From: Gammaproteobacteria bacterium
Lineage (GTDB): Bacteria; Pseudomonadota; Gammaproteobacteria; Eutrophobiales; Eutrophobiaceae
Assembly: GCA_965243205.1 (NCBI GenBank)
Contig: CBDEUK010000002.1
Coordinates: forward strand, 1,920,001-1,984,000
Direction of reading: 5' to 3'
Length of the DNA stretch: 64,000 nt
Shown here piece by piece: positions 21,109-33,331 of this stretch. The position numbers were made by a program, and so were the translations under genes. Positions within the stretch are counted from its first letter, which is position 1, and the number at the start of each line of letters is the position of its first letter. The notes beneath the pieces were generated by a model. It had not been told where the DNA came from, searched no databases, and saw nothing but the letters and a program-made list of their open reading frames with translations.

Positions 21109-22161
21109 ATGTATTTGAACTTTATACGAATGATTCTATTAGGGTTCACGTTATTTGCCACGCAATCTTTATATGCAAATCCTAAGCTACAACAAGCTCA
21201 AACACTTTTAGAGCAATCAAAATTACAAGAATCGCTGGACATGATCAACGAGGTGTTGTCAGAGGATGCTGGAAACATCGAAGCCAGATTCATGAAAGGA
21301 TTGATCTTGACTCGTTATGATAGATTGCCAGATGCTGAAGTTGTTTTTGACCAATTAACGCGCGACCATCCCGATTTACCAGAGCCATACAATAATCTTG
21401 CCGTCGTTTACGCTGCCCAAGGCAAATTTGATGAAGCCCGGGACGCATTAACACGAGCGATAAATACACATCCGAGTTATGCAACGGCCCATGAAAATCT
21501 TGGTGATATATACGCGAAAATGGCAAGTCGAGCGTATAACCAGGCGCTTGAATTAGATGATGGCAATAGCAGTGCTCGTGAAAAATTATCATTGGTAAAA
21601 GAGGTTTTCTCTGCAACTGCTTATGCTAGTGTTCCTGCTAAACAGGCAGAACCGGAACCAGAACCAGTAACAGTTGCTAAGGTTGAAGAAACAACTAGCT
21701 CTGTAGAAACTGAGCCAACAAATATTCAACCCCCAGTTGTAAAACCTGTGGTTGAAGAACCAGCTAAAATAGAAACAGTCGAGAAGCAAACGGTTGAAAC
21801 TGCTCCAGTACAATCAATACCTTTAGATCCAAATATTGAGACAGTGATTTTAGATTGGGCTAATTCATGGTCGGCTCAATCTGTTGAAGATTATCTTTCA
21901 TATTATTCAAATGAATATAAACCGCAGTTTGGAATTTCATTCGAAAAATGGAAGCAGCAAAGATATGTTCGCTTAAAACAGCCTAAATTTATTAAAATAC
22001 AAGTAGAGAATATTCAAATTGATATGATAACTGAAGCAATGGCTCTAGCTAGTTTTAAGCAAGCCTATACTTCGGATACGTATAATGACAAGGTGAATAA
22101 AAAACTCAGACTGCAAAAGCAAAAAGAACAATGGAAAATTGTCGAAGAATTTTCAAATTAA
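21109..22161 (+). CDS. Exported TPR protein with C-terminal NTF2-like (Csd6 C-terminal-type) domain
   Basis: Signal peptide, TPRs (PEPYNNLAVVYA, AHENLGDIY), Pro/Glu linker, WANSWS...YLSYYS...FKQAYTS...WKIVEE. Confidence 0.87.
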   Translation: MYLNFIRMILLGFTLFATQSLYANPKLQQAQTLLEQSKLQESLDMINEVLSEDAGNIEARFMKGLILTRYDRLPDAEVVFDQLTRDHPDLPEPYNNLAVVYAAQGKFDEARDALTRAINTHPSYATAHENLGDIYAKMASRAYNQALELDDGNSSAREKLSLVKEVFSATAYASVPAKQAEPEPEPVTVAKVEETTSSVETEPTNIQPPVVKPVVEEPAKIETVEKQTVETAPVQSIPLDPNIETVILDWANSWSAQSVEDYLSYYSNEYKPQFGISFEKWKQQRYVRLKQPKFIKIQVENIQIDMITEAMALASFKQAYTSDTYNDKVNKKLRLQKQKEQWKIVEEFSN

Positions 22162-23390
22162 GACCGGTTCAGTTTTTCCTTAGTGTAGTCTTATCAAATG
22201 TGACATTTGTCGCTCTTTGTCAGCCAACAGTTGCTGTTGAGCTGTTAACACATCCTTCAGTAGCTACAAATTCACATATTGTAGAACACCGCTATGAAGA
22301 TCGTTTAATTCAAACCATTCAATTGATTCGAGAAGGCAAAGTTGATCAAGCAATTGAACAAGTCAAATTAGTGATTGCTGATAAGCCTGACTTTAAATTA
22401 GCACAATTGATTTATGCCGATTTATTATTATCAAAAGCACGTGGAATAAACGATTTTGGAAATATCTATTCTGCACCGATAGAGAAAATCACTGCTTTAT
22501 TGAATGAAGCAAAAGTTCGTTGGCAGCATCATGAGCATCCACCAAACAAAAATTTAATTCCTTCCTCATTGATAAGATTAAGTGGTCATCAAAAATATGC
22601 CATTGTCGTTGATTTAAAAGCTTCACGTTTATATTTATATGAAAACAATAAAGGCACTCCTATTTTACACAGTGATTACTATGTCACGATTGGTAAGAAT
22701 GGCGTAGGAAAATTTATTGAAGGTGATCAGAAAACACCAACCGGTGTTTACTTTATTACAGATTATATCGACTCAAAAGAGTTGCCTGATTTGTATGGTG
22801 ATGGTGCTTTTCCGATTGACTATCCCAATGCTTGGGATCTAAGACTAAACCGCACAGGTTATGGTATCTGGTTACATGGAACGCCGAGTAATACATACAC
22901 TCGCCCACCTCGTGATAGTAATGGTTGCGTTATTGTTAGTAACGATGATTTTAGAGAAATTAGTAAGTACATAGATGTAAAAGCAACTCCAGTGATTCTT
23001 TCTCCTGAAATCGATTGGATAACGATGAAAGCTTGGCAAACACGAGCTGTGCAGTATGCTAATTTTTTAGAGCAATGGCGTAAGGATTGGGAAAGTCGAG
23101 ATGCTGAAAAATACCTTAGTCATTATTCAAAACAATATCATGGTTTAGGTAATGATTATGAAAGTTGGGCTGAATATAAACGACAAGTGAATCCATCCAA
23201 ACAGTTTATTCAAGTTGATCTCTACAATACGAGTATGTTTCTTTATCCCGGCGATGAAAATTTATTAGTTGTTACCTTCGAGCAAGATTATAAAAGCGAT
23301 AATTTCAAACGTCGGTTTATTAAACGCCAATATTGGAAGATGGAAGCCGATGGAAAATGGCGTATTGTATATGAAGGAAATGTGACCTAA
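22131..23390 (+). CDS. YkuD-fold L,D-transpeptidase/carboxypeptidase with C-terminal NTF2-like domain (Csd6/Pgp2-like)
   Basis: EGDQKTPTGVY, DYPN, GIWLHG...SNGCV catalytic His/Cys, then WRKDWES...FEQDY...WRIVYE. Confidence 0.88.
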   Translation: MENCRRIFKLRPVQFFLSVVLSNVTFVALCQPTVAVELLTHPSVATNSHIVEHRYEDRLIQTIQLIREGKVDQAIEQVKLVIADKPDFKLAQLIYADLLLSKARGINDFGNIYSAPIEKITALLNEAKVRWQHHEHPPNKNLIPSSLIRLSGHQKYAIVVDLKASRLYLYENNKGTPILHSDYYVTIGKNGVGKFIEGDQKTPTGVYFITDYIDSKELPDLYGDGAFPIDYPNAWDLRLNRTGYGIWLHGTPSNTYTRPPRDSNGCVIVSNDDFREISKYIDVKATPVILSPEIDWITMKAWQTRAVQYANFLEQWRKDWESRDAEKYLSHYSKQYHGLGNDYESWAEYKRQVNPSKQFIQVDLYNTSMFLYPGDENLLVVTFEQDYKSDNFKRRFIKRQYWKMEADGKWRIVYEGNVT

Positions 23391-23394
23391 CTAA

Positions 23395-24273
23395 TTAATA
23401 ATACTCTTCTATATAATCTTTATGTTGAGTCACTTCTTGTTGTTTTAAATTCTTTTTTAGATATCGCACTAAATCGATCCAAATTGCAGAGATTTCTTCT
23501 TTCGTAGGCATTATCCCTGCGTGTGGTAATTCTATAGTAACAACTGGAATATTTAATTCGGTTCCAGCATATCGTCCAAGTGAACCTGGGTAGGTTCCAA
23601 GTAAATTCAAATGCAATCGACCGAGTTTACTCGGTGCATCTAGAGGACCATCATAATCAATAATGCCATGAGGTGCATGAACTGAAACCAATATGTCAGG
23701 TTTAAAACGATGAATTTCATCTACTACCCATTGTGCTTCAGGTTCACTTAAAGGTTGTTTGCCAGGGAAACGTCTCGCACTGCGTTTGGCTTTTTCTTGC
23801 CAATGTTTGATAGGGCTTTCTGACCAAGTTGGTACAGGAAAATTTCGATTTAAATCGACTCCATTAGAATTGACTCTAGAAGATTTTTTTTGCAATAGAC
23901 CATCAGGATTTACCAAAGGCGCTATTTTCCAATGAAATAAACCAGAATGGTGTTCTTTTAATGTTTTAAGCCATTTAAAAACAACACTGACAGAAGAATA
24001 TTCATCGCCGTGAATACCACCTAATAATAATACTTTGCCGATTGGTTTTTTATCTTTTAATGGAAGAAATTCTTTGATTAAAATTTCTGTGTCATTATTA
24101 CTTAAGCCACCATTCGTTATTAAATCGAGATCTAAACAGTCATCAATACTTACGCTACCAAGTTTATTACCAATTCGTGTGCAAACAGAATTAACATCCG
24201 CGTAAGCGATATTTAGATTAAAAAAATAAAAGATAATAAATAATAAGCAGAGGTTAGAATTATTATTTTTCAC
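23395..24273 (-). CDS. M14 zinc carboxypeptidase / murein peptide amidase (MpaA-like), exported
   Basis: GIHGDE, NPDG, GVDLNRNFP, SEPE, SVHAP, YPGSLG, TIELP. GTG 24273 overlaps the ubiA stop (GTGA) and is followed by a signal-like segment ending AYA. Confidence 0.85.
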   Translation of the reverse strand: MKNNNSNLCLLFIIFYFFNLNIAYADVNSVCTRIGNKLGSVSIDDCLDLDLITNGGLSNNDTEILIKEFLPLKDKKPIGKVLLLGGIHGDEYSSVSVVFKWLKTLKEHHSGLFHWKIAPLVNPDGLLQKKSSRVNSNGVDLNRNFPVPTWSESPIKHWQEKAKRSARRFPGKQPLSEPEAQWVVDEIHRFKPDILVSVHAPHGIIDYDGPLDAPSKLGRLHLNLLGTYPGSLGRYAGTELNIPVVTIELPHAGIMPTKEEISAIWIDLVRYLKKNLKQQEVTQHKDYIEEYY

Positions 24274-25238
24274 GATATTTTGAAATGATATTCTAGAAAA
24301 AGTCCTATATATATAACTGCACCAAACCAATTATTATTTAAAAATGCTTTAAAACATTTTTGTGGTTTTCTATCTCTAATTAAAGTTTGTTGATAGATAG
24401 CTAATACACAAGCAATAGCCAAACCAGTAAAATAGTAAAATCCAAACTCGAGTTGTTGTCCAAGCAATACCAGCGTGAACATTAACATAATCTGAATAAT
24501 ACCAATAATGAACGTATCTTGTTCAGCAAATAATATAGCAGTCGATTTTACACCAATTTTAATGTCATCTTCACGGTCGATCATGGCGTACATTGTATCG
24601 TATACAACTGACCATAGAACATTCGCGATTAATATCATCCAGGCAATTATAGGAATAGAGTTTGTTTGAGCAGCAAACGCCATAGGTATCCCCCAACCAA
24701 ACGCAAGCCCTAATACAAATTGTGGTAAGTAGGTATAACGTTTCATTAATGGATAAACAGCAGCCAGTAATACGGCAATGCAAGATAAGTAAATTGTCAG
24801 TTCATTGGTAAATAAGACCAAGATAAATGCCAATAATAATAATGAACAAGCCACATAAATGGCTTCTATGGGGCTAACTTCCCCTGTAACGATGGGTCTA
24901 TCTTTAGTTCTACCAACGTGACCATCAAATTTTCTATCAGCAAAATCGTTCAAAGCACAGCCTGCAGAACGAGTTAAAAAAACACCTGCTATAAAAATGA
25001 ATAAAATCTTAATTGATGGAATACCTTCAGCTGCTACCCATAATGCCCATAAGGTAGGCCATAATAATAATAGAATTCCGATCGGTTTGTGCATTCGACA
25101 AAGAACAGCATATTTAGCAAGACGTTCCTTAATTAAGGGTTTATAAAATTCTCGCCATTTGACGTAAGTTGGTTCGTAATATTGAAAACGAAATTGATTA
25201 TAAGCGTAAATTAATTCTTTGATTTTTCGATTTTTCAT
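24270..25238 (-). CDS. ubiA: 4-hydroxybenzoate polyprenyltransferase
   Basis: KPIGILLLLWP, RSAGCALNDFADRKFD, YPLMKR, YDTMYAMIDREDD. Confidence 0.96.
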   Translation of the reverse strand: MKNRKIKELIYAYNQFRFQYYEPTYVKWREFYKPLIKERLAKYAVLCRMHKPIGILLLLWPTLWALWVAAEGIPSIKILFIFIAGVFLTRSAGCALNDFADRKFDGHVGRTKDRPIVTGEVSPIEAIYVACSLLLLAFILVLFTNELTIYLSCIAVLLAAVYPLMKRYTYLPQFVLGLAFGWGIPMAFAAQTNSIPIIAWMILIANVLWSVVYDTMYAMIDREDDIKIGVKSTAILFAEQDTFIIGIIQIMLMFTLVLLGQQLEFGFYYFTGLAIACVLAIYQQTLIRDRKPQKCFKAFLNNNWFGAVIYIGLFLEYHFKIS

Positions 25239-25252
25239 AATAAATCAGCCAT

Positions 25253-27340
25253 TCAAACTTGGCTGTAATCAACTTGCTGTCCGCACCAACGTTTTATAAT
25301 AGGTTCAACTAATTCAGGATATGATTTCATAATATGATTTGCAGCTGTTTGAACATCAGGAATTATATCCGCATCGCGCATAATGTCAGCAACAGAAAGT
25401 TCAGGTAAACCAGCTTGTCGAGTCCCTAATAATTCACCTGGGCCACGGAGCTGTAAATCAATCTCGGCTATTTTAAAGCCATCGTTACTATTTCGAATAG
25501 CATCCAATCGTTTTTTTGCTAATTCAGAAAGCGGCGATTGATAGAGTAAAATACAATTACTTTGTTTGTTACCTCTACCGACACGTCCACGTAATTGATG
25601 CAATTGAGCTAAGCCTAAGCGTTCACTATTTTCAATGACCATTAAACTTGCATTAGGAACATTAACGCCGACCTCAATAACGGTTGTTGCAACTAATAAA
25701 TCAAGTTTGCCCAATTTGAATTGGTTCATTATCGATTCTTTTTCAGTATTTTTCATTTTTCCATGAACTAACCCAATATTTAAATCAGGTAGAGACTCAA
25801 TGAGTAAATGTTGTGTATCGGTTGCGGTTTCAACACGTAAAGTTTCTGATTCTTCAATCATTGCACAGACCCAGTAAACTTGAGTACCTTGTTTTACAGT
25901 TATTTTGATTCGTTCAATTAATTCCTCTCTTTTTTGATTAGATAAAATTACGGTTTTAACTGCTTTTCTATTGGGTGGTAATTCATCGATGATAGAAACA
26001 TCTAAATCGCCATAGGCAGTCATGGTTAAAGTACGTGGGATCGGTGTTGCAGACATGACGAGCTGATGCGGATAAAAATTTTTATCTTTATTTTTATTTA
26101 GCAGGCTTAGTCTTTGGTTTACACCAAAACGATGTTGTTCATCGATAACTACCATAGCTAATTTATTAAATAACACATCTTCTTGAAATAAAGCGTGTGT
26201 GCCGATTACTAAGCAAGGAATATCTTTTTGAATTTGTTCTAATGTTTCTATGTAGTCAGCCTTAGATAGTTTGCCAGTTAGTTTAATTATTTTAAGTCCG
26301 AGTGGAGTAAACCATTCAATGAAATTTTCATAATGTTGTTCAGCTAATAACTCAGTCGGAGCCATTAATGCAGCTTGATAACCAGATTGGATGGTATAAA
26401 GTGCAGCAATTGCTGCAATGATGGTTTTACCTGATCCAACATCACCTTGTACTAAACGCAACATTGGTATGTTCGTTTGTAAATCAGCGGCGATTTCTTC
26501 TAGCACACGGTTTTGTGCATTAGTTAAAGAAAAAGAAAGTTTAGAAAAGAATTTATCTATTAAGTCTTGTTGAAATTGAAATTTAAAACTTTGTTTTTCT
26601 CTAAATTTATCTTTAATTTTTTGCAAACTTAAAGACTGCGCAATCAATTCTTCAAACGCTAAGCGTTGTTGTGCAGGATGAACCCCGGATTTTAATTCAC
26701 TTAATGAAGCATCAGGTGGTGGGCGATGAACATAATTTATGGCTTCAGATAAGTTTGTTAAAGAATAATTTTTACATATTTTTTCTGGAATTAATTCTAT
26801 ATCAGCATTATTAATACATAGTTTGTCTAATGCTTGGTCGGTTAATTGACGTAATTTATTTTGATGTAAACCTTCTGTCGTAGGATAGATTGGTGTTAAG
26901 GTTTCATTAACAGCAGTGACATTAGTATTGATTATTTGAGTCTCAGGATGGATCATTTCGGGATTTTTTGCTGAATAACGAACAGTTCCATAGCAACGTA
27001 TACGAGAACCTTTTTGCAAACGATCTTGTTGGCTTTTATTAAAATAAAAAAAACGTAAAACTAAAGAACCTGTACCATCTGAAATTTGGCAAAGTAAGGA
27101 ACGACGTTTACCAAATTGAATTTGGGTTAGTTCGATCTCACCTTCAACTAGAACTTCTTGGCCAGTTAGCACACTGCCGATTGGAACCAAGCGCGTTCTA
27201 TCTTGATAACGAATCGGCAGATGAAATAAAACATCCTGTATTTGATAGATACCAATATTATTAAGTAGCTGTTGGGTTTTATGCCCTACACCTTTAAGCG
27301 TATTGATATCTTGGTTCAGAATAGAATCTGATGAATTCAC
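25253..27340 (-). CDS. recG: ATP-dependent DNA helicase RecG
   Basis: QGDVGSGKT, DEQHRFG, MSATPIPRTL, QLRGRVGRG, RGPGE. Confidence 0.98.
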   Translation of the reverse strand: MNSSDSILNQDINTLKGVGHKTQQLLNNIGIYQIQDVLFHLPIRYQDRTRLVPIGSVLTGQEVLVEGEIELTQIQFGKRRSLLCQISDGTGSLVLRFFYFNKSQQDRLQKGSRIRCYGTVRYSAKNPEMIHPETQIINTNVTAVNETLTPIYPTTEGLHQNKLRQLTDQALDKLCINNADIELIPEKICKNYSLTNLSEAINYVHRPPPDASLSELKSGVHPAQQRLAFEELIAQSLSLQKIKDKFREKQSFKFQFQQDLIDKFFSKLSFSLTNAQNRVLEEIAADLQTNIPMLRLVQGDVGSGKTIIAAIAALYTIQSGYQAALMAPTELLAEQHYENFIEWFTPLGLKIIKLTGKLSKADYIETLEQIQKDIPCLVIGTHALFQEDVLFNKLAMVVIDEQHRFGVNQRLSLLNKNKDKNFYPHQLVMSATPIPRTLTMTAYGDLDVSIIDELPPNRKAVKTVILSNQKREELIERIKITVKQGTQVYWVCAMIEESETLRVETATDTQHLLIESLPDLNIGLVHGKMKNTEKESIMNQFKLGKLDLLVATTVIEVGVNVPNASLMVIENSERLGLAQLHQLRGRVGRGNKQSNCILLYQSPLSELAKKRLDAIRNSNDGFKIAEIDLQLRGPGELLGTRQAGLPELSVADIMRDADIIPDVQTAANHIMKSYPELVEPIIKRWCGQQVDYSQV

Positions 27341-27363
27341 TTGTTTGTGAAAGAGTGTTTAGA

Positions 27364-27747
27364 TTATACAATCACCATAATGGCATCCATTTCAACGCCG
27401 GCGTTTTTAGGTAAAGAAGCAACTCCAATAGCCGCGCGTGCAGGATAAGGTTGTTGAAAATATTGAGACATAATTTCATTCACGGTCGGGAAGTTACTTA
27501 AATCGGTTAAAAAGATATTAAGTTTCGCTATATCATTGAGACTGCCACCCGCTGCTTCAGCAACTGCGGTTAAGTTTTTAAACACACGATGTATCTCATC
27601 ACTGATATCACCTTCAATCATTTCCATTGTTTCAGGTATTAATGGTATTTGGCCGGAAAGATAAACAGTATTGTCAATTTTAACGGCTTGAGAATAGGTT
27701 CCAATAGCTTGTGGCGCTTTATCGGTTTGGATAATTTCGCGACCCAT
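27364..27747 (-). CDS. ridA: RidA family enamine/imine deaminase
   Basis: [25 protein letters not shown]...VE. Confidence 0.92.
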   Translation of the reverse strand: MGREIIQTDKAPQAIGTYSQAVKIDNTVYLSGQIPLIPETMEMIEGDISDEIHRVFKNLTAVAEAAGGSLNDIAKLNIFLTDLSNFPTVNEIMSQYFQQPYPARAAIGVASLPKNAGVEMDAIMVIV

Positions 27748-27775
27748 AATTAACTCCTATGAATAGTAATAATAA

Positions 27776-29914
27776 TTAGCTTCTTACGATGTGTGAAACA
27801 TGTTTAATTCGATGTAAACGTCGCATAACACTAGCAAGGTGGTTTCGATTTTTGACTTCGACTAAAAAAGTAATGCGCGTGTAACGATCATCTTTATCAA
27901 CGATATCAACATTTAAAATATTTGCATCAACTTCTGCAATAGCAGAAGCAATAGTAGCAAGTACACCACGTTGGTTTGTGACTTCCATGCTTAACATGCA
28001 TGGAAATTCTTGTTTAATTTTCTTTTCCCATTCTACATCAACCCATTTTTCCGGTTGGTTTTGAAATTCTTGAACGTTTTTACAATCGCGAACATGAATA
28101 ACAATACCTCGACCCGCGGTAACATAACCAATGATAGGATCACCAGGAATGGGACGACAACATTTAGGAAAACTAATCACCAGGCCTTCAGTCCCTTTAA
28201 TGGAGATGGGGTTTGAGTCAACTTTGTCTTTTTGATTTTCTGTTAATTCTTCAAGTGTTGGAACGAGTTTTCTAGCAACTAAAGGCGCTAAACGATTACC
28301 TAAACCGATCTCTGCTAGTAATTCATTTTCCGAAGAGAGCTTATATTCTTCTATGATAGATTGTTTTTGTTCTTCAGGAATATCATCGTAATTAATAGAA
28401 AAAGCAGAGAGCTCTCTTACTAACAAACGTTTTCCTAGCACACTGGCTTCATTTGCTTGTAGTGATTTCAAATAATGGCGAATATTACTTCTGGCTCTTG
28501 CTGTGACGACAAAGTTCAACCATTGTGGGTTTGGACTTTCGGTTTTTCCACGAATGATTTCGATAACTTGTCCTGTATCTAATGGTGTTCCCAAAGGGGC
28601 CAAACGTTTATTTACTCTGGCACCAATACAGGTATTACCAACATCAGTATGAATGGCATACGCAAAATCAACGGATGTTGCTCCACGCGGTAATTCAATG
28701 ATCTTGCCTTTAGGTGTGAACACATAAACGGATTCTGGAAATAGATCGACTTTTACATTTTCCAAAAACTCTTCTGGGTTACCAGCAGTTTGTTGCATCT
28801 CAATGATGTTATGTAACCATTCACGAGCACGTTTATGAGCGCCTTTCCGATCATTTTTTGCTCCAGTTTTATATAACCAATGAGCTGCAATACCTGATTC
28901 AGCAACGTCATTCATATCATGTGTACGAATTTGTACTTCAATGTTAACGCCATAAGGGCCGAACAAGATCGTATGCAAAGATTGATAACCATTGGTTTTA
29001 GGTATGGCAATATAATCTTTAAATTTACCTGGAACAGGTTTATATAAATTATGCATCACACCTAAAACACGGTAACAAGTATCAACTGAATCAACTAATA
29101 ATCGAAATGCGTATACATCATAAACTTCACTGAAAGAACGTCGCTGTTCTCGCATTTTGTTATAGATGCCATAAAGATGTTTTTCACGACCAAGGATTTG
29201 CGCAGGGATTTTTTCTTGACGTAATCTGCGCCGCAAAGCGTTACGAATTTTTGAAATGATTTCTTTGCGATTACCACGCGCTTTACGAACTTGTTCGGCT
29301 AAAATTCTATGACGCATTGGATATAAAGAAGAAAACCCTAATTCTTCTAATTCAAGTCGAATTGCATTCATACCCAAACGTTGAGCGATCGGTGCGTAAA
29401 TTTCTAACGTTTCTTTTGCGATTCGACGGCGTTTCTTCGCAGATAAAGATCCTAAGGTGCGCATGTTGTGTAAACGGTCGGCAAGTTTTACGAGAATGAC
29501 GCGAATATCATTACTCATTGCCATTACCATCTTGCGGAAGTTGTGCGCTTGTTTTTCTTCCAAGCTATCGAACTTCATCATGGTTAATTTACTGACACCA
29601 TCAACTAGTTCAGCGACACCCTTACCAAATTTTCGTTGAATATCATTTTTATCAATAGAGGTGTCTTCAATAACATCATGCAAAATGGCGGCTTGGATGG
29701 TTTGATGATCCATGTGCATTTCGCCAAGGATTTCTGCTACAGCAATAGGGTGAGTGATATACGGTTCGCCACTTTTACGAGTTTGTCCATCATGCGCAAC
29801 CGCACCAAACTCCACGGCTTTTTCGATACGAGCGATTTGCTCGTCTTCCAAATATGTGCCAACGGTTTTCTTTAAATCATTTAATTGATAAACAATTGCT
29901 GATGGATAATTCAT
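27776..29914 (-). CDS. spoT: Bifunctional (p)ppGpp synthetase/hydrolase
   Basis: HD domain (LHDVIED), KLADRLHNMRTL, GYQSLHT, EVQIRT, plus TGS and ACT domains; follows rpoZ. Confidence 0.97.
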   Translation of the reverse strand: MNYPSAIVYQLNDLKKTVGTYLEDEQIARIEKAVEFGAVAHDGQTRKSGEPYITHPIAVAEILGEMHMDHQTIQAAILHDVIEDTSIDKNDIQRKFGKGVAELVDGVSKLTMMKFDSLEEKQAHNFRKMVMAMSNDIRVILVKLADRLHNMRTLGSLSAKKRRRIAKETLEIYAPIAQRLGMNAIRLELEELGFSSLYPMRHRILAEQVRKARGNRKEIISKIRNALRRRLRQEKIPAQILGREKHLYGIYNKMREQRRSFSEVYDVYAFRLLVDSVDTCYRVLGVMHNLYKPVPGKFKDYIAIPKTNGYQSLHTILFGPYGVNIEVQIRTHDMNDVAESGIAAHWLYKTGAKNDRKGAHKRAREWLHNIIEMQQTAGNPEEFLENVKVDLFPESVYVFTPKGKIIELPRGATSVDFAYAIHTDVGNTCIGARVNKRLAPLGTPLDTGQVIEIIRGKTESPNPQWLNFVVTARARSNIRHYLKSLQANEASVLGKRLLVRELSAFSINYDDIPEEQKQSIIEEYKLSSENELLAEIGLGNRLAPLVARKLVPTLEELTENQKDKVDSNPISIKGTEGLVISFPKCCRPIPGDPIIGYVTAGRGIVIHVRDCKNVQEFQNQPEKWVDVEWEKKIKQEFPCMLSMEVTNQRGVLATIASAIAEVDANILNVDIVDKDDRYTRITFLVEVKNRNHLASVMRRLHRIKHVSHIVRS

Positions 29915-29990
29915 GCGCCTAACAAAATTAATTACTTACAGTAATTATGCGCAGTAATTCAACGGGATGAAAGGTAAGTTTTGAGATTAA

Positions 29991-30016
29991 GGTATCCGAT
30001 TGAAGAATCGGATACC
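29991..30016 (-). terminator. Stem-loop after rpoZ (possible weak terminator or mRNA stabiliser)
   Basis: 11-bp perfect stem GGTATCCGATT-N4-AATCGGATACC with only a short T tail on the minus strand. Confidence 0.55.
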
Positions 30017-30029
30017 GCTGTCTTGGATA

Positions 30030-30293
30030 TTATTCTGCGACGGGCAGAGAAAAGTCGCCTTCTTCAACAAATTCGTCTTCTTCATCGAATCGGTCGATTT
30101 CATTGATGTTTTCTGGTGTCACCAAACCTTCAGCGATCTCGCGTAATGCGATCACAGTCGGTTTGTCATTGTCTTCTTCTACTAAAGGCTCAGCACCCAT
30201 GATAATTTGACGCGCACGCTGGCTAGCCAACAAAACTAAGTCGTATCGGTTATCTACGTTATCTAAGCAGTCTTCAATCGTTAATCTGGCCAT
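30030..30293 (-). CDS. rpoZ: RNA polymerase omega subunit
   Basis: [39 protein letters not shown]. Confidence 0.97.
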   Translation of the reverse strand: MARLTIEDCLDNVDNRYDLVLLASQRARQIIMGAEPLVEEDNDKPTVIALREIAEGLVTPENINEIDRFDEEDEFVEEGDFSLPVAE

Positions 30294-30361
30294 GTAATTC
30301 TCTTAATTTGGGGATTCGGAAAAAGCCGGCAATTATAGACTACTATTTAGATAATCTGCAA

Positions 30362-31874
<1,513 letters not shown>

Positions 31875-32000
31875 TCATGGTTCCGCTGTTGATTATTATT
31901 GCGCGTAGTCTAACTCGTCACTAAAGATTGGCAAGCATGTTGATAGAATTAATGGGTATAATCCCTTTCCTTTTTTACCCTTATTTATTTGGAGATTTAT

Positions 32001-32717
32001 ATGCGACCTAGCGGTAGACAAGCGGATGAATTAAGAGAAGTCAGCATCCAACGACATTACACCTGCCATGCCGAAGGCTCGGTTTTAATAGCGTTTGGCA
32101 ATACCAAAGTATTGTGTAATGCGAGTTTTGACGCGGGTGTACCGGGTTTTTTAAAAGGCAAAGGCGAAGGTTGGGTTACCGCAGAATACGGAATGCTACC
32201 GCGCTCAACGGGTAGCAGAATGCGCCGCGAAGCCACAGCAGGCAAACAAGGTGGCCGTACCTTGGAAATTCAACGCTTGATTGGTCGTTCATTAAGAGCG
32301 GTCGTCGATATGAAAAAGTTAGGTGAAAACACCATTGTTTTAGATTGTGATGTGATTCAGGCCGATGGTGGAACACGTACAGCATCGATCACAGGTGCTT
32401 ATGTTGCACTTCAAGATGCGATTCAATCGGGTTTGGACAAAGGCATCATTACGGAATCGCCTTTACTAGCGAAAGTTGCCTCCATTTCAGTTGGTATACA
32501 TAACGGCACCCCCGTTTTGGATTTGGATTATGCCGAAGATTCAACAGCCGAAACCGATATGAATGTGGTGATGAATGACAAAGGCGAATTCATTGAAGTG
32601 CAAGGCACCGCGGAGGGCCATCCGTTTAACCCTGATGAACTCAATGCCATGTTAGCTTTAGCACAAAAAGGCATTACGGAATTACAAGCCAAACAAGAAG
32701 AGTCGTTAAAAGGTTAA
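32001..32717 (+). CDS. rph: Ribonuclease PH
   Basis: [41 protein letters not shown]. Confidence 0.97.
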   Translation: MRPSGRQADELREVSIQRHYTCHAEGSVLIAFGNTKVLCNASFDAGVPGFLKGKGEGWVTAEYGMLPRSTGSRMRREATAGKQGGRTLEIQRLIGRSLRAVVDMKKLGENTIVLDCDVIQADGGTRTASITGAYVALQDAIQSGLDKGIITESPLLAKVASISVGIHNGTPVLDLDYAEDSTAETDMNVVMNDKGEFIEVQGTAEGHPFNPDELNAMLALAQKGITELQAKQEESLKG

Positions 32718-32723
32718 GTTCTT

Positions 32724-33326
32724 ATGAGTAAGCCGATTGTGTTGGCCAGTGGTAACAAAGGAAAAGTCCGTGAGATTTCACAAATGCTTGAACACTTGGA
32801 TTACGATGTGCAACCACAATCGGTTTATCAAGTTCCAGAAGTTCCTGAAACAGGATTAAGCTTTGTTGAAAATGCTTTGATAAAAGCACGTAATGCTTCA
32901 AAGCAAACAGGCTTACCTGCAATTGCCGATGATTCGGGTATTGCCGTTGATGCATTAAACGGCGCACCAGGAATTTATTCAGCGCGTTATGCAGGCGAAC
33001 CTTCTAATGATCTCGCAAACTTAAATAAATTAATCGAAGAAGTTAAAAACATTCCTGAACAAAATCGTGGCGCTGCTTTTGTTTGCGTAATGGTGTTTGT
33101 TCGTCATCATGAAGATCCATTACCGATTATTGCTGAAGGCATTTGGCGAGGTACTTTGGTGACAGAACCCGTTGGGGAAAATGGCTTTGGTTATGACCCC
33201 ATGTTTTATTTATCTGAACATCAATGTACTTCTGCACAACTAAAACCTGAACAAAAAAATACGATCAGCCATAGAGCGATTGCGTTACAAACATTATTAA
33301 CGCAATTAGAAGCTATCAATTTATAA
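32724..33326 (+). CDS. rdgB: dITP/XTP pyrophosphatase
   Basis: ASGNKGK, ADDSG, GAPGIYSARYA, GFGYDP, SHR. Confidence 0.97.
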   Translation: MSKPIVLASGNKGKVREISQMLEHLDYDVQPQSVYQVPEVPETGLSFVENALIKARNASKQTGLPAIADDSGIAVDALNGAPGIYSARYAGEPSNDLANLNKLIEEVKNIPEQNRGAAFVCVMVFVRHHEDPLPIIAEGIWRGTLVTEPVGENGFGYDPMFYLSEHQCTSAQLKPEQKNTISHRAIALQTLLTQLEAINL

Positions 33327-33331
33327 AATAC

